In this document: positions 11,879 through 25,354 of the stretch, one piece after another
Layout: each line of letters begins with the position of its first letter
Numbering within the stretch: the first letter of the stretch is position 1
Origin: Eledone cirrhosa
Lineage: Eukaryota
DNA: 64,000 nt
Direction: 5' to 3'
NCBI GenBank assembly: GCA_964016885.1
Contig: OZ024758.1
Span: 4,340,001 to 4,404,000 of the forward strand
Translations under genes and position numbers: made by a program
Notes under the pieces: generated by a model
The model's database searches: none
The model's input: the letters and a program-made list of their open reading frames with translations, nothing else
What the model was told of the DNA's origin: nothing

Positions 11879-12020
11879 AGTCCAGAATTAGCCGTCGAAA
11901 CGGCTTGAGCTCAGCCGTCGGGGGTCCTACTCGTTCCTATTACCCACTCTACTATCCTAAGTATTGAGTACTTTGGTGCGTTATGGTCCACCTATTTCCT
12001 TACCAGATTTCCTCCGTTAT
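11879..12020. mobile_element. Family A short element (opposite orientation to the 18452 copy)
   Basis: Reverse complement of 43988-44127; TA-flanked. Confidence 0.85.
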
Positions 12021-12111
12021 TTATATATATAGATGTGTGTGTGTGTATACAATATATAAAATATATATGCATACATACCTACATATATCAAAATATTTAT
12101 ATATATATATT

Positions 12112-12142
<31 letters not shown>

Positions 12143-12143
<1 letters not shown>

Positions 12144-12305
12144 GTGGCAGAACACTGGACGGTAATATCCGTAGTGGTAGACACTCAGTCCATGGGACGA
12201 GTTAGGTAGAAGTAATTACACAACAGTTAGTTCACCATACCGAGAACAATTGTAAGGTGAAACACTTGTTTTCGGTATAGTGAACTAACTGTTGTGTAAC
12301 CACTT
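12143..12305. mobile_element. TA-embedded fold-back element (arms ~12210-12253 / 12262-12305)
   Basis: TTACACAACAGTTAGTTCAC..CCGAGAACAA and its reverse complement around AAGGTGAAAC. Confidence 0.75.
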
Positions 12306-12444
12306 ATATATATATATATATTCAGGTTTGAGGTTTACCACTGTATAAAGCTGGTCTATTCCGTATGGTCAATCGTAATGCAATAATATAGAGAGTACTC
12401 AGCCCCATAGACTTTATCTATTACATTCACGTATTATATTTCGA

Positions 12445-12502
12445 ATACCTGATGATATCACCGGATTCATACGGAACCCGGTCATTGAAATGATCATAGT
12501 AT
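12445..12502 (+). ncRNA. Hammerhead ribozyme motif in a short TA-flanked element (~12322-12553)
   Basis: ATAC-CTGATGA-[imperfect stem II, ACCGG...CCGGT]-GAAA-TGATCA-TA-GTAT; stem I ATAC/GTAT; palindromic ATGATCAT; AATAAA follows immediately. Confidence 0.8.
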
Positions 12503-12548
12503 AATAAACCTTTCAAGGATTTACACAAATCCAGCCTCCTGTCATTTC

Positions 12549-12601
<53 letters not shown>

Positions 12602-15600
12602 TTGCTTGTGGTGTGTGTGTATATACATATATATCGTTGCAATGATTCACTCTCCAATCAATATAATCATATTTCATCAAAGCTTAGCTAATTGCCCCTA
12701 TTTCTGACATGAGTGGATAGTATAAATATTTATTATTTAATCTTATTTGACAATGTAACGAAATGTTGACACGTAGACGGAATCTTAGCGAGGAAAATCA
12801 GTAGGGGATTGTAATTAAACACCTGAAATATCCTGTGTAGGTAAGTGTATATATATATAGGTATTGTCTTTGGAGGTACTTTCACCACGTGGGAGGTTAT
12901 ATTTCGTCAAATACACAGCGAACTTTAACACACTGTCCAGTGACCTTTATCAACATTTGAATACAATTCCATTCGTTTGTTTAACCCATGATTATCAGCA
13001 CTCCAATTCACTGGACTTTTCAATTGACCTCTAGCAACACGCCAATACTCCTACCACCATCACCACTACAGAGATTTACTATAATTATTTTCCGTTTATT
13101 CTGCTAACCAAAATATCTTCACTTTATTTATTTAATCTCAGCGCAACATGATATGAAAAAGTGGTTTCTGGGTGTGATGAATGAACAACCATACAACTTC
13201 AGATTCCGGTTTCCTCATCTCCACGTCAACCAAACTTATGCAAATTCAGATAACATATCGATTAATCCGACGCAGACCACCCATAATTCTTCAGACACTA
13301 TTTCTTATATTGAAATCAGATCATGAGAATACCTATTAGAACGGAGCTATTTGGTTTAACGCCTTGATTTATGAGACACACAGCTATTCAAACGACATTT
13401 ATAAATAGCAACTAGAAATTGGTACCTAATATTTTCTCTATTAGTTTACAATTTCTGTAGCTATCTTAGGAATAACCAATCAATGAATAATCACATGCCA
13501 AAGCAGAATCAACTGAACCCTCGAATTCCATATTAGAAATACCTTATTCTTCTTCGTCCACTCATTGTTGATAGTTTTCTCTTCTGAGTCTGTCAACACG
13601 TATTAGTCACAAACTTAAATCAGCCCATGCATGAACTATTTCCATCCCGAATCCCCCATCCTGTAAATTATTTCCCCTGAAGGCATAAATCGATAGATGT
13701 TAAAACTGTTCAAGAACCTCATCCATTTTGCTAGTCTAGGGATATCAGGGAGAGAATATGAGTATTGTATCTCTCCATGTTAATTCCTAAAGTAGACAAC
13801 TACATTTTAATCAAACTTGCTTCAAAGTTATCTGCGTAAATTAATATAATGTATTTTACGAATCAAATATTACAATTTATGAAAGACAGTGTTTTCAAAA
13901 CTCTGTGATCATGAAAACTATAAAAAGAAGTAGTCAAATAACAATCTCTTAATATCCACACGATATGTAAAGAAGCATTAATGTTATTTAGTTTTGAGCA
14001 ACGACTGACTGCTAAGTATATCAAACTGCAATGCAATATATTACACATCAATGTGACGCCGGGTATAATAAATAAAAGAAATGTAGCATAGATAGGGCTT
14101 ATACATATATAGGCATTATCGTTGTGATGGAGCCGATGATAAAAGCTTTGGGCCACTAAGTGATTCATGATTAAAATAAACTGGACGTTATTTATCCATG
14201 TATCAATTTAACCCCATATATATAGAGAGACATATAGGTATAGGTGTGGTTGTGTTTGCATACGCGTTTGTTTGTGTAAGAACGGTGTAAGTGCCCATAT
14301 GTTTTTCAGAAGCTGTAGAAATAGAAAAAATAAAAACCTCAACGAAAGTAGATACGTCTTTGATCATTTTCTCACCTTTTAATATCTCTTTAACTTTTCG
14401 TAGAGTATTTTGCCACGTGCTGCTAGCTATTTGCTTCCGACTCATTTAACGTTCTTTGAACACTTTGTAACAAATATCTGATTGTAGTAAAACATAGTAA
14501 AACCTCATTTCGTTATGTTCTGTATTGATCTTACTAGGGTTTCTTTCTGGTCACGCGCATTATGTTTTAGGATCAGAGAAATCGGCAATTGCTTAGATAC
14601 GCATGACTACTATTGTGTACACTGTTGTTTTCTTAGAAATTAATCTTTTCCTCTAAGTACTAATTTATGTGCATACAAAAATTCCGTTAGCCTGTGGATA
14701 TTTTCTACTTGTATCGTTTTAGCACATTAGTATACATAGGTTATCTTATCCTCTTTATTTGCTTCTTTCCTTCATATATTTTTAGTTTACTTTTGCTTCA
14801 AAGTATTTATTATTTATTTTTTCTTATATTATTTTTCTACAGATTGCTTTACACTCTCTCAGAGTACTGAAAGATTTGTTTCTAGCAGATGTTGTTTTAG
14901 AGTAGTTTTCTGTAAAATAGCTTACGAAAATTGCCTTTCTTCTAACGCATTAAGCATTCACATAATACAAGGTTTCCCTCTTTTCTTTCTATTTCATCTA
15001 ACATGGAGTGGTCTTTGCCCTCCCAGATTTTTTGCTGGTTTCCTATTGAAATGTTTACAGGTGCGTATTGAATAAACTTAAAATACATTACATTGATTTT
15101 TACTCGATTTATCTCTTTATATTCTGTTTGGAAGATTATTGTATGTTTTCGATCTTTGTTTCCTTATTCCTTTCCGAAATAATATCTGATTCTTTCTTCA
15201 CAGGCCTGCACACGCTAACACACATACGCACACACATGTAGGCATCCACACAATTACGCTAACACAAATATATACACACATACAAGACATACAGGTAAAT
15301 ATATAATCGTCAGAAAATTACTCAGCCTGTGAACTTTTACGACCCCCCTCGTAAATGTAATGCAGATCTTTGGAGGTATTTTAGTAAAAGATAGATTATC
15401 AAGCCATCTCTCGCAATATAAAAAGACACTGAGCTTTGGAGGGAGTATGGCTGTTCAAGATATATATTGTACGCTTACATTTTCTCTTCAGTGTATTGAA
15501 ATAAAATGTATATCGTCTTTCATGTGTATGTATGATTAATATTCGCCATTGAAAGTGAAGAAAAATATAAAGCTAAATCTTTGAACGATATGGAAAAGGG

Positions 15601-16094
15601 GGTGCAATTTAACGCCAGTATTAAATTGCATATTAACATTGATATATGCGGGGTGACATATACCATTTACAGAGATCATATCCAATTTTATTTCAATGGT
15701 AAAGGACATAATATATTTGTTGCTTAAACGAAATGAATCACTATTCAGTTTTCTATAAATGTACAAATGTTTGAATGGCAAAATAAGGTTTTAATGTCAT
15801 TGGGTTTAAGTAATTGAAGAATAAACTATAACATGTCTGACATTAATAATCTTACGTTCAGCAATATATTATAAACATAGACAGTAGTTTTAAAAAGCAT
15901 TCACCTTATCAAATGAAAATCATCATTTGAAGCCTTACAAATTAGTAATAAATTATCATAGACTAGTTTTGTATGATTAAAAAAAAACAACAAGAATAAA
16001 AACTAAAGCCATATGACGGTAGTTGAAATCTGATAAATATTTAAATTGAAGAAAGCAAATACGTTAAATCAGTGTAAAAGACATAGAAATACAA

Positions 16095-16355
16095 AATATT
16101 GTTATACTTTGGGAGAGTCATGCTGCCAATAGAAACACACACAGAATGAGGGAAGAAAGACCTTTGGCAATATACAAACAACCATACGGTTATCGAACCA
16201 ACTAACCAACCGGAAATTTATAATAAAATGAAGTTAAAACCAACAGGTGCGTGTGTTTTTATTGATAGCATGACCCTCCCAAAGGCTAACAATATCTGTT
16301 TCAACACAAGTTTTCAGATAAGAAAACTTGCAAAACAAATTCAAAAATGAAATAT
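16095..16355. mobile_element. Old, miniature inverted PLE-end relic related to the main element's terminus
   Basis: ~47-bp imperfect inverted repeat (16096-16142 vs 16249-16295). ATGACCCTCCCAAAG..AACAATATCTGTTTC is homologous to 11106-11180. Confidence 0.7.
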
Positions 16356-16577
16356 AAAATACTGTTTTCCCTGAAATGCGCAGGGCACGATTTAATCGAT
16401 TTTCTCCTCACCCAAAATTGTTGGCCTTGTACCTAAATTAGAAACAATTATTATACATAAAATGAATATGGAGAATGCAGATGAAATAATATGTGCACCG
16501 GTCTAATTCAGAAACCTTTCTGGCTTAATACATTGTGAAATAGGGTATAAATTACATAAACATACATACATAGATAC

Positions 16578-16857
16578 ATGATGATGGCTGCCCCCTCGTT
16601 ATCGGGTATGGCCATTGCACGATACACCATTCTTAATAATTATCAATTAATGCTATTGTGCAATGCCTGTGCATGAAGATTTTTTTTTAAGTGAGAAAAT
16701 ACTGTGCACTGAGCCAATCCCACTCTCAGTGTGACGGTAGCTATAACTCGAAAAGAGCTGCATGTTTTATGTCGGAGTTATCCCAGTTTCCTGAGTTGCC
16801 TTCTCCTTCAAGAATGCCCTGACAAAGGCTAAGGCTCCTTCACTCCCAGCGGTTTAA
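16578..16857 (-). mobile_element. Short non-autonomous element sharing its 3' end with the RTE at 26446
   Basis: 3' end TATCGTGCAATGGCCATACCCGATAACGAGGGGGCAGCCATCATCAT. The 5' part (GGAGAAGGCAACTC) resembles RTE 5' UTRs. Confidence 0.6.
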
Positions 16858-17328
16858 CATACATACATACATACATACATACATACATACATACATACAT
16901 ACATACACAGAAATACGAAAACTCTATCCACAAACTCATGAAAATACACATATTTCCAACGGTGCTTAATCATTCTAAATTTTGTTACATTTGAATACAT
17001 AATTCCATGGCGTGAATTATGCACCATAATGGGATAAAATAATAATGAAATTATTGTGTACAGTGCTCAGGTGCACTATAACTCATGAAAGTTGATTGCG
17101 TAGTACATAGAATAATGTACAAATGTCAGGAGAGTGAACAGTGTATATTAGGTGTAGTGTTGGAGATTTTCAGGAAGCATGGGGGTTTTAAAGGATGCAG
17201 TATCTCGGCAGCTAATAACTATATATCCAACATATACAAATATACAGATGCTGGTTGGATGTGAATTCGTTAAGGTTTGCGTCAGGGTAATTACGTCATA
17301 GTCCGGCATACACACATACAAAAATGTA

Positions 17329-17856
17329 ATAATTGTTTATATTTTAGGCACAAGGCCAGCAATTTTGAGGGATGGGAAAGTTCATTAAATCGACCCCAGT
17401 TCACCACTTACTTTATTTTATCGACCCCGTAATGATAAAAGGCAAACTTGACCCATGTGGGATTTGGACTCAGAGATGAGAGAGCCGGACTGACGTTCTA
17501 ACATCTCTGCGAATTCTCTAACTTTCATATGAATAGAGAGAACAGCAATTATATTTATCTAAGGCTACGACACACATGTTGAGACACTGAATATCTAAGT
17601 TGAGATAAATATATTCATTATATTGGCCCATTCTAGGGCGGTAGATTGGCTGTATCGGTAGAGGATCGGACGCCATGCTGTGCAGCAAAGAGTTACGGCC
17701 CTTTATGATCTGAGTTCAAATCCCACCGCGGTTAATTTTGCCTTTCATCCTTTCAGGGTCGATAAAATAAAGTATCAGTCATGCACTGGTGTCGATTTAA
17801 TCGACTTTCCTCTCCCCCAAAATTGCTGCCCTTGTGCCTATATAAGAAACCATTAT
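17329..17856. mobile_element. Two major-family SINEs in divergent orientation (17329-17520 minus; 17636-17856 plus)
   Basis: Same diagnostic boxes and tail. Confidence 0.85.
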
Positions 17857-18207
17857 ATTAGCCCAATCTGAGTTTCTTACCCTGGAATTTCTGCTGTGTT
17901 CTCACTCAGTCATAATATAAACTCCAGAATAACAACACGTTCTTTGCCACGAAGCCTATTGTCTGAGACTCTACTAACCCTGACACTCCACCGTCCTCAG
18001 AAACGTAATAATAACCACAATTAAATGGATAATTAGTACGGTAAGGTAAGAGCCTTTGTCTGTGGGCCAATCTTGATCAATCACACAATTAATGAATCAA
18101 TTAATTAATTAACTAAATATACAAGACATCAACTGTCCACGATTATATCTGAGAGAGAGGCCAAACACATGTTGCATGTCAGTCGACCCGGCGCGTCGAA
18201 CAATGAT

Positions 18208-18421
18208 AACAAAAGGCGAAGCTTAGCGTTTCATCAGTTCATTGTTTTACGGCCGTTTCCGAAAGTTGATTGATTATGATAAATCGATATATTGACTAAT
18301 CAATAGTACGAGATGCATAACTGCTGCCGATTAGTCACTATATCGATTTATCAGGATCAATGAAACTTCCGAAACAATCGTTATACAAAGAACTGATTAA
18401 TCACTAAATTTACGCCTGTTT
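18208..18421. mobile_element. Imperfect palindromic MITE-like element
   Basis: Nested pairs ATCAGTTC/GAACTGAT, TGATAAATCGATATA/TATATCGATTTATCA, GACTAATC/GATTAGTC. Confidence 0.65.
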
Positions 18422-18451
18422 TCACTGTTCAACACACACACTATATATATA

Positions 18452-18586
18452 TAACGAAGGAAATGTGGTAAGGAACCAGGTGGACCATAACGCACCAAAG
18501 TACTCAATACTTAGGGTAGTAGAGTGGGTAATAGGAACCAGTAAGACCCCGACGGCTGAGCTCAAGCCGTTTCGACGGCTAATTCT
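18452..18586. mobile_element. Family A short element
   Basis: Near-identical to 43988-44127; TA-flanked. Confidence 0.85.
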
Positions 18587-18982
18587 ATATATATACATAT
18601 ACACATACATATATATATATACACATACATATATATATATACACATACATATATATATATACACATATATATATATATACACATATATATATATATACAC
18701 ACATACATATATATATATACACATATATATATATATATACACATATATATATATATACATATACATATATATATATATACATATACATATATACACATAT
18801 ACATATATACACATATACATATATATATATATACACATATGCATATATATATATACACATATATATATATATATACACATATATATATATATATACACAT
18901 ATATATATATATATATACACATATATATATATATACACATATATATATATATATATACACATATATATATATATATATACAC

Positions 18983-19013
<31 letters not shown>

Positions 19014-19026
19014 TATATATATACAC

Positions 19027-19057
<31 letters not shown>

Positions 19058-19200
19058 TATATATATACACATATATACACACATATATATATATATACAC
19101 ATATATACACACATATATATATATATACACATATATACACACATATATATATATATATATACATATATACACACATATATATATATATATACACATATAT

Positions 19201-19239
<39 letters not shown>

Positions 19240-19348
19240 TACACACACATATATATATATACACATATATATGCATATATACACATATATATGCATATAT
19301 ATACATATATACATATATATACATATATACATATATATATACACACAC

Positions 19349-19381
<33 letters not shown>

Positions 19382-19390
19382 CACACACAT
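18587..19390. repeat. Compound (TA)n(CA)n microsatellite, ~800 bp
   Basis: Direct reading; source of five spurious ORFs. Confidence 0.95.
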
Positions 19391-19447
19391 AAAAGAAATG
19401 AATACAAGGAGTTTAAAACCGTTAGAATATGTTTATATAACAGTGCG

Positions 19448-19484
19448 CCTACGTACGTTTCGCCTGGAATGGGCTTATCAAGGG
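19448..19484 (-). ncRNA. Hammerhead-like motif with U3-A8 core variant
   Basis: Minus strand: CCC-TTGATAA-GCC(CATTCCA)GGC-GAAA-CGTACG-TA-GG; palindromic stem III. Confidence 0.65.
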
Positions 19485-19617
19485 TATAGAAAACAAAAAA
19501 AATGATTAATACACGACCCAGGAGGGGTTTCACGGTTAAATTAACATCAGACTTTATTCTTCGCCTACGTGCATTCTATATATATACACATATATATATA
19601 CATACACACACATATAT

Positions 19618-20090
19618 ATAGGGTGTTCCAGAATCCCACATTTGACACAAAAGTGCTTTTTTCTTAGCTCCCTATGCATTTTCTCATGCCATTTTGTATA
19701 TTATCAATTTATAATGTAATTTCGATTATTTCCGACTAAGTTAAGCCTTGCCTAATAGTTGCAAATTGGCAGAATAATGCCGCAAGCCAGTGGGCCTAGT
19801 TGTAGCTACTCGCCCCGTTGTGATGATCGAGAAATATGACTCCTGGGGCAATATGTTACATCCTTTTCACCAACAAAGGGGGATGTTCTAAGATATTTCT
19901 TCTACCTGAAAGATGGTCCTATGAAACACGATGGCGTATGGTCTTTAAAATGTTTTTAATTAAACATACGGTATATTGCCAAATATACTATACATACATT
20001 CATGTATACATCGTTAATTCAGAGAACCAATCCTAATAACTAATTTTTGCTGGACCGGCAATCGCTCTGTTAATCAACTGACTAGAAATC
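19618..20090. mobile_element. Dispersed repeat, probably DNA-transposon derived; 19934-20034 is the reverse complement of 5718-5820
   Basis: Starts TA-TAGGGTGTT; ~100 bp shared with the 5718 copy. Confidence 0.5.
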
Positions 20091-20114
20091 ATTATTACTC
20101 AGATAGATTATGAC

Positions 20115-20318
20115 AGTGGATTGGCAGTTACGGTAGAGGGTCCGACACCATGTTGTGCTGCATAGAGTTACGATCCGAGTTCAAATCCCGCCGAGGTCAA
20201 CTTTGCCTTTCATCCTTACGGGGGTCGGTAAAATAAAGTACCAGTCACGCACTGAGGTCAATTTAATCGACCCCCCCCCCCAATTACTGGCCTTGTGCCC
20301 ATATAAGAAACCATTATT
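20115..20318 (+). mobile_element. Major-family SINE
   Basis: Same diagnostic boxes and tail. Confidence 0.85.
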
Positions 20319-20675
20319 TTGCTACGTCTTAAATTGTTTTAAGTTGTATTTTCTTATATTCAGTAATTATATTATATTTTCAGTTCTCCTTCAACTAAGG
20401 TCATTCGGTGGGTTTTACCTAAAATCCCTTACGCTCATATAATTTTATCTCCTTCATTTGTAGATGATTATCGGGATTGTTTTCGTGCCAGATTTTCTAA
20501 ATCAATTCTGTAATCCTGCCTGAAATGTAGTAGTTGGCAGCCAAGATACCTTATATACTTACTCCATCTGCTTGGTTTAAATACAAATTCCAATCTAATT
20601 GGATTGATCTTCTTCATGTTTTAACTTTATCACATAGTATAAGTTTCTACATTGTTCTTCTTCCAGCCTGGTTAA

Positions 20676-20865
20676 ATAATTGTTTCTACTTTTGGCACAA
20701 GGCCAGCAGTTACCGAGTGCATTACTGGTACTTTATTTTATCGACCCCGTAAGGATGAAAGGCAAAGGTAACTTCGGCTGGATTTGAATTCAGAATGGTA
20801 AGGGCCGTAACTCTATGCGTCAAAGCATGGCGTCCGACCCTCTGCCGATGCTGCCAATCCATGCC
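20676..20865 (-). mobile_element. Major-family SINE
   Basis: Reverse complement of the consensus. Confidence 0.9.
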
Positions 20866-22528
20866 AATCTGGTTAGTTATATTTCATACGTCGGTCTTTC
20901 TTTTAGAAATAAATTACCATCCACATATGAAGCACTATTATACTGCTGACATACTCATGCACACCACTTTGTAGTCTCTCTCGTCTGATATAATTCTAGT
21001 CATTTTATCGTTTCTTTTCTCCCTTTAATTTGTTGATTCTACATCAGTTAACCAACACTGATATTTCCACATTTTCTACAATATGAATGGGCAACCTTTT
21101 TCGAGAAGTGGGCCGCATGAGAAATATCTCATCATGAGGCGGGCCATAAGCGCTAATTTACATTTGTGCCCACATTAAAAGAAGGGTGGTAACTCTGGTT
21201 GTTTTGATTTGTTTCTTCAGAATTGTAAACATAATTTTCCTCGATCCTAAAAATAATAGAAAGATAAATTACGACGGAAAAGTTGGGTCAAAAAAAATTA
21301 GAAAGATTTCACTTAGGTGATTTAGGCGAACCATTCAGAAAGCCATCATTTCTCTTATCGTAAGACCATCATGTCTCTTATCGTAATCACACGGAATGTT
21401 GAAGTTAGAAAATAGATTCACTGCTTCTGACACTACCAATGATACTCATACCATTCTCCACTCCTGCACAGCTTAGGATTCACGCGTAAGTTCCAGGATA
21501 CTGTTTAGACTATGATATCACCCACCTCCCATTCTTAATTCCTTTCCCATATTTAATCCATGTCTTTTATAAAATAGTCATGCTTTCATTTATCAAGGTT
21601 CATTTTCTCCACATCTATCATTTTTTTAAATAATTCATTTCATTTATGGTAGGACAGAATCATCTTTCGTCAAAATAGCCTCGTTATTCTGTTAATCGCA
21701 TAAGTTCCTTTAAATATTTGAAACATCATCTCGTGAATTAAGAACTGATGTTTTTTTCATCTTATCTTCCTACGACAACCTAGTAACTGTTTCTAGTAAT
21801 TAATACATATCGTCTGCATTGACATCTATATAGACTCCCTAGCCTTATTGCTTATTTTTTCAGCTCTACCAACAAATCCTCGTGCAGTCATTTGAATGTC
21901 TTTAACCAAGATCCTTGCACGCCAGCAGAATTCAAGTCTTTCTTGGAATCCTTGCTACCAAGTGTAATATTCCTTTTCTTCATAACACTTATTTTCCTTG
22001 TGCAAAGTATAGTATTTCATCGCCAAGTATATTTATTCGTTCAGTATCTGTATTACGTATATTTTTCCCCTCAAATTTTCTGTCAAAGGTTTTCTTTTCT
22101 TGCGCCTCTAGCATCACCTGCTCTTGACTTACAGTTCCATTCAATTCAATATATATTCCTTTCTGATCCGTATTGAATAAACGGTTTGTATGTATTGATT
22201 CATTATTTGGCCGTATTCTTTCAACTTCTCAATAACAGTTGCTATATGCTATATTTTATTTCTAAATTATCATACTACTTTTGGTATGAAAGCTGATGAC
22301 CTTTTCCCTCTTTTCCAATACATTTACATCAGATATCAACGTTTTTATATACCCTTGTATAACGTTTTTCTTCCATTGACCATGGATTTTCTATTTCAAT
22401 CCCACGTGTGATGTCTTTCAAATCTAACTCACCAAATATACATTAGCTACTTTTATCAAATCGTTGATAAATCTATATATCTGTGCCAGCTTAGTTCAAT
22501 CAGCTTTCATAAATATCTTCTACTACCC

Positions 22529-23136
22529 TGGCAGTATCGGTAGAGCGTCGGACAACATGCTTTCCACCAAAGAATTATGGCCCTTTATGGTCTGGGTTAA
22601 AATCCCGCCGAGGTTAGCTTCGCCTTTCATCCTTACGGGGTCGATAAAATGAAGTAGCAGTAATACACTTGGGTCGATTTTGTCAAATTTGCCCTCCCCC
22701 AAAATTGCTGACATTGTGCCGAAATTAGGAGGTGGAGTGGCAGTATCGGTAGAGCGCCAGATGCCATGCTTCGCGACATATAGTTTCGGCCCTATACTTT
22801 CTGAGCTCAAATCCCGCTGAGGTTAGCTTTGACTGTCATCCTTACGGGCTCTATAAAATAAAGTATAAAGTAATCCACTGAGGTCGATTTAATCGACTTT
22901 CCTCTCCACCAAATTCGCTGACCTTTTGTCTAAATCAGAAACCAGGTGGATTGGCAGTATCGGTAGAAGATCGGACGCCATGCTTTGCAGCAAAGAGTTA
23001 CGTCCCTTTATGGTCTGAGTTCAAATCCCGCCGAGGTTAACTTTACCTTTCATCCTTATGGAGGTCGATAAAATAAAGTACCAGTAATACACTGGGTTAA
23101 TTGCTGACCTAGTACCAAAAAGTAGAAATAATTATT
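22529..23136 (+). mobile_element. Three major-family SINEs in tandem
   Basis: A boxes at ~22529, ~22738 and ~22952, each followed by B box and body. Confidence 0.9.
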
Positions 23137-23379
23137 ATTGAAGTTATGTCCGTTTTATATGATACTCAAGAGCCTGTTTAATTATATAATCTCTACATTA
23201 GGCTGTTGTACGAGAACCATTGAGATTTCTTATTTCTTCCAGTCATTCTCATATTTAGCTTGTTTATAGGTTTTTGGTAGTTTATGGCGAGAAGCTTTCG
23301 GTTTTCAAGTCATTATCAATTATTATTAGGCGGTGGATTTGCAGTATTAGTAGCAGTTCTATAGTTTTAGTCAGTACAG

Positions 23380-24022
23380 TTGTTTTTTGTTAAATTTTCT
23401 AATTGTTAACTCTTGTCATATTGTGGTCACGTATGGGATTTTTTTATATCGTATTAGTACATAATTATATAGTCTCATTTCAGCTTAGGTTTTTAAAAAT
23501 GTCTTCCGTTTGTTAGTTTTTTAAATGTCTTTAGTTGTTTTATTTTTTAGCAATGTCTTTGGTTGTTGTTTCTACATTCTTCTGACAACAGCATTTGGTT
23601 TATATTTGTTGGCTTCTTCGAAAAGAGAAAACAATATTCTTATTTTGTAACTATATTAGATATCCTTTATTCTTTACCGTAGAGAATTGAAGACCTATAA
23701 AGATAGTGATTTGATAAATTTACGTTTGCGGTAGGCCGTTGCGTCTTTACATAATTCCTGATATATACAATATTTCTCTGTCGGATTTAGCGCAAAGTGT
23801 GCTGAGTGTTCAAAGAACAAAGATTTGTTTATATATTATCATGATTTCTTGTAATTGAATTTTCGTCTATTTTAGAACATACAGCTATAAGTTACAGTAA
23901 AAGTATTAGGGTATATTACCTAATTTCTGTTGCTAATTAAGAATAGAATGAAGGTGATTATTGAAAACCCCTACCGTCAAGTAAATGTCAGTATGTTATA
24001 TGGGGTACTATGCCAGGATTAT
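23380..24022 (-). pseudogene. Decayed PLE C-terminal region from a different family
   Basis: Minus-strand remnants WHSTPYN (cf. WFNPPY) and NTFTVTYSCM (cf. NTVKVSYSCM); many stops and frameshifts. Confidence 0.55.
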
Positions 24023-24278
24023 TTATATATATATATATATAAGTAAGTAAGTATGCATACCAACATACATGCTTACTTTTGTGAATCAGTGGTGTTAGAG
24101 AGAAAAATAAAATTATTATGTGGTCATGTATGCACCTACTACTTTGACGGAGAAAATATAATGTAGGACTAACACAGGCGCACTGAGATATATAAACACA
24201 GACACATTATATATATATATAATATATATATATATATATCTACACATATATATATATATCTACACACACACACACACA

Positions 24279-24310
<32 letters not shown>

Positions 24311-24381
24311 TATATATCTACACACACACATACATATATATATCTACACACACACATATATATATATCTACACACACACAC

Positions 24382-24421
<40 letters not shown>

Positions 24422-24493
24422 CTACACACAAACACACACACTCTACACACACACACACACACATCTACACACACACATATATATATATATATA

Positions 24494-24646
24494 CGAAAAG
24501 AGTCAGAGGACCGACGGCAGAGCTTAACCGAGATTGAGCTCTGCCATCGGGGTCCTGACTCTTTTCCTATTACTCTCTCTACTACCCAAAGTATCGCGTA
24601 CTCTGGTGCGTTATGGTCCACCTGCTTCCTTACCACACTTCCTTTG

Positions 24647-24649
<3 letters not shown>
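24494..24649. mobile_element. Family A short element with fold-back end
   Basis: GAAAAGAGTCAG..GACGGCAGAGCT / AGCTCTGCCATCGGGGTCCTGACTCTTTTC hairpin at 24495-24568; TA-flanked. Confidence 0.8.
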
Positions 24650-24705
<56 letters not shown>

Positions 24706-25271
24706 TGTTAGTGTTACGTTATAATCTTTCTTCCGTCAAATATTTGGATTCGATGTCGACTTATGTTATTTATGCTGTATTACGTAACCCATGTTTTTAC
24801 AAATATATTTTTATTTTACTGCATTCATTTCTTTACGAGAGATAATGTTTTCTTATTTCAATCTATTCCGCTTTTAAAAACAGACTTTAGAAAATATTTC
24901 ATTGAATCTCACTGATTCACTTGTACATTCTGAAATCTCACCTGCATCTCACTGACTGTCAATCTCACGTGATTTTATGCAATTGAACACATACATTTTC
25001 GGTCTATCTTGTATTTATCTATCTCTTTTTGTCGCAATCACAGCTTCCATCATTTCCTAAATTATTGGTGCTATCTTTTAGTAGGTGCAATACTTTGAAA
25101 AATCTAAAACAAAATAAGACTATCACAAGAACGAAATCACGTCAATGCAACACATACATATATTTTTATACATACGTACGTACGTATATGTGTATGTAGT
25201 GTATATATACATATTTATACATGCACATATGTGTATATTTATACATATAAACAAATATACATACACACACG

Positions 25272-25354
<83 letters not shown>

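Larger units (their letters stand above)
20330..23320 (-). pseudogene. Heavily decayed LINE RT region interrupted by SINEs and a probable MITE
   Basis: Minus-strand remnants in the correct order: RGI (~22400), GVQGSWL (~21910), NADD (~21815). Confidence 0.5.

Noticed and set aside
12860-13500. Possible decayed Tc1-like transposase
   Set aside because: Only a vague GGxVMVW-like resemblance; no ordered catalytic motifs or TIRs found.
18548-18582. Family A GCCGT-TTCG-ACGGC stem as a twister ribozyme or terminator
   Set aside because: The required pseudoknots and conserved residues are not identifiable, and there is no U-tract; better explained as part of a retroelement end.
18422-19533. Long ORFs (216-346 aa) of Y/I/H/T or C/V/Y/M, and similar ORFs at 25-26 kb, 32-33 kb, 42 kb, 49 kb, 52-53 kb and 58 kb
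   Set aside because: Stop-free translations of (TA)/(CA) microsatellites, open in several frames on both strands.
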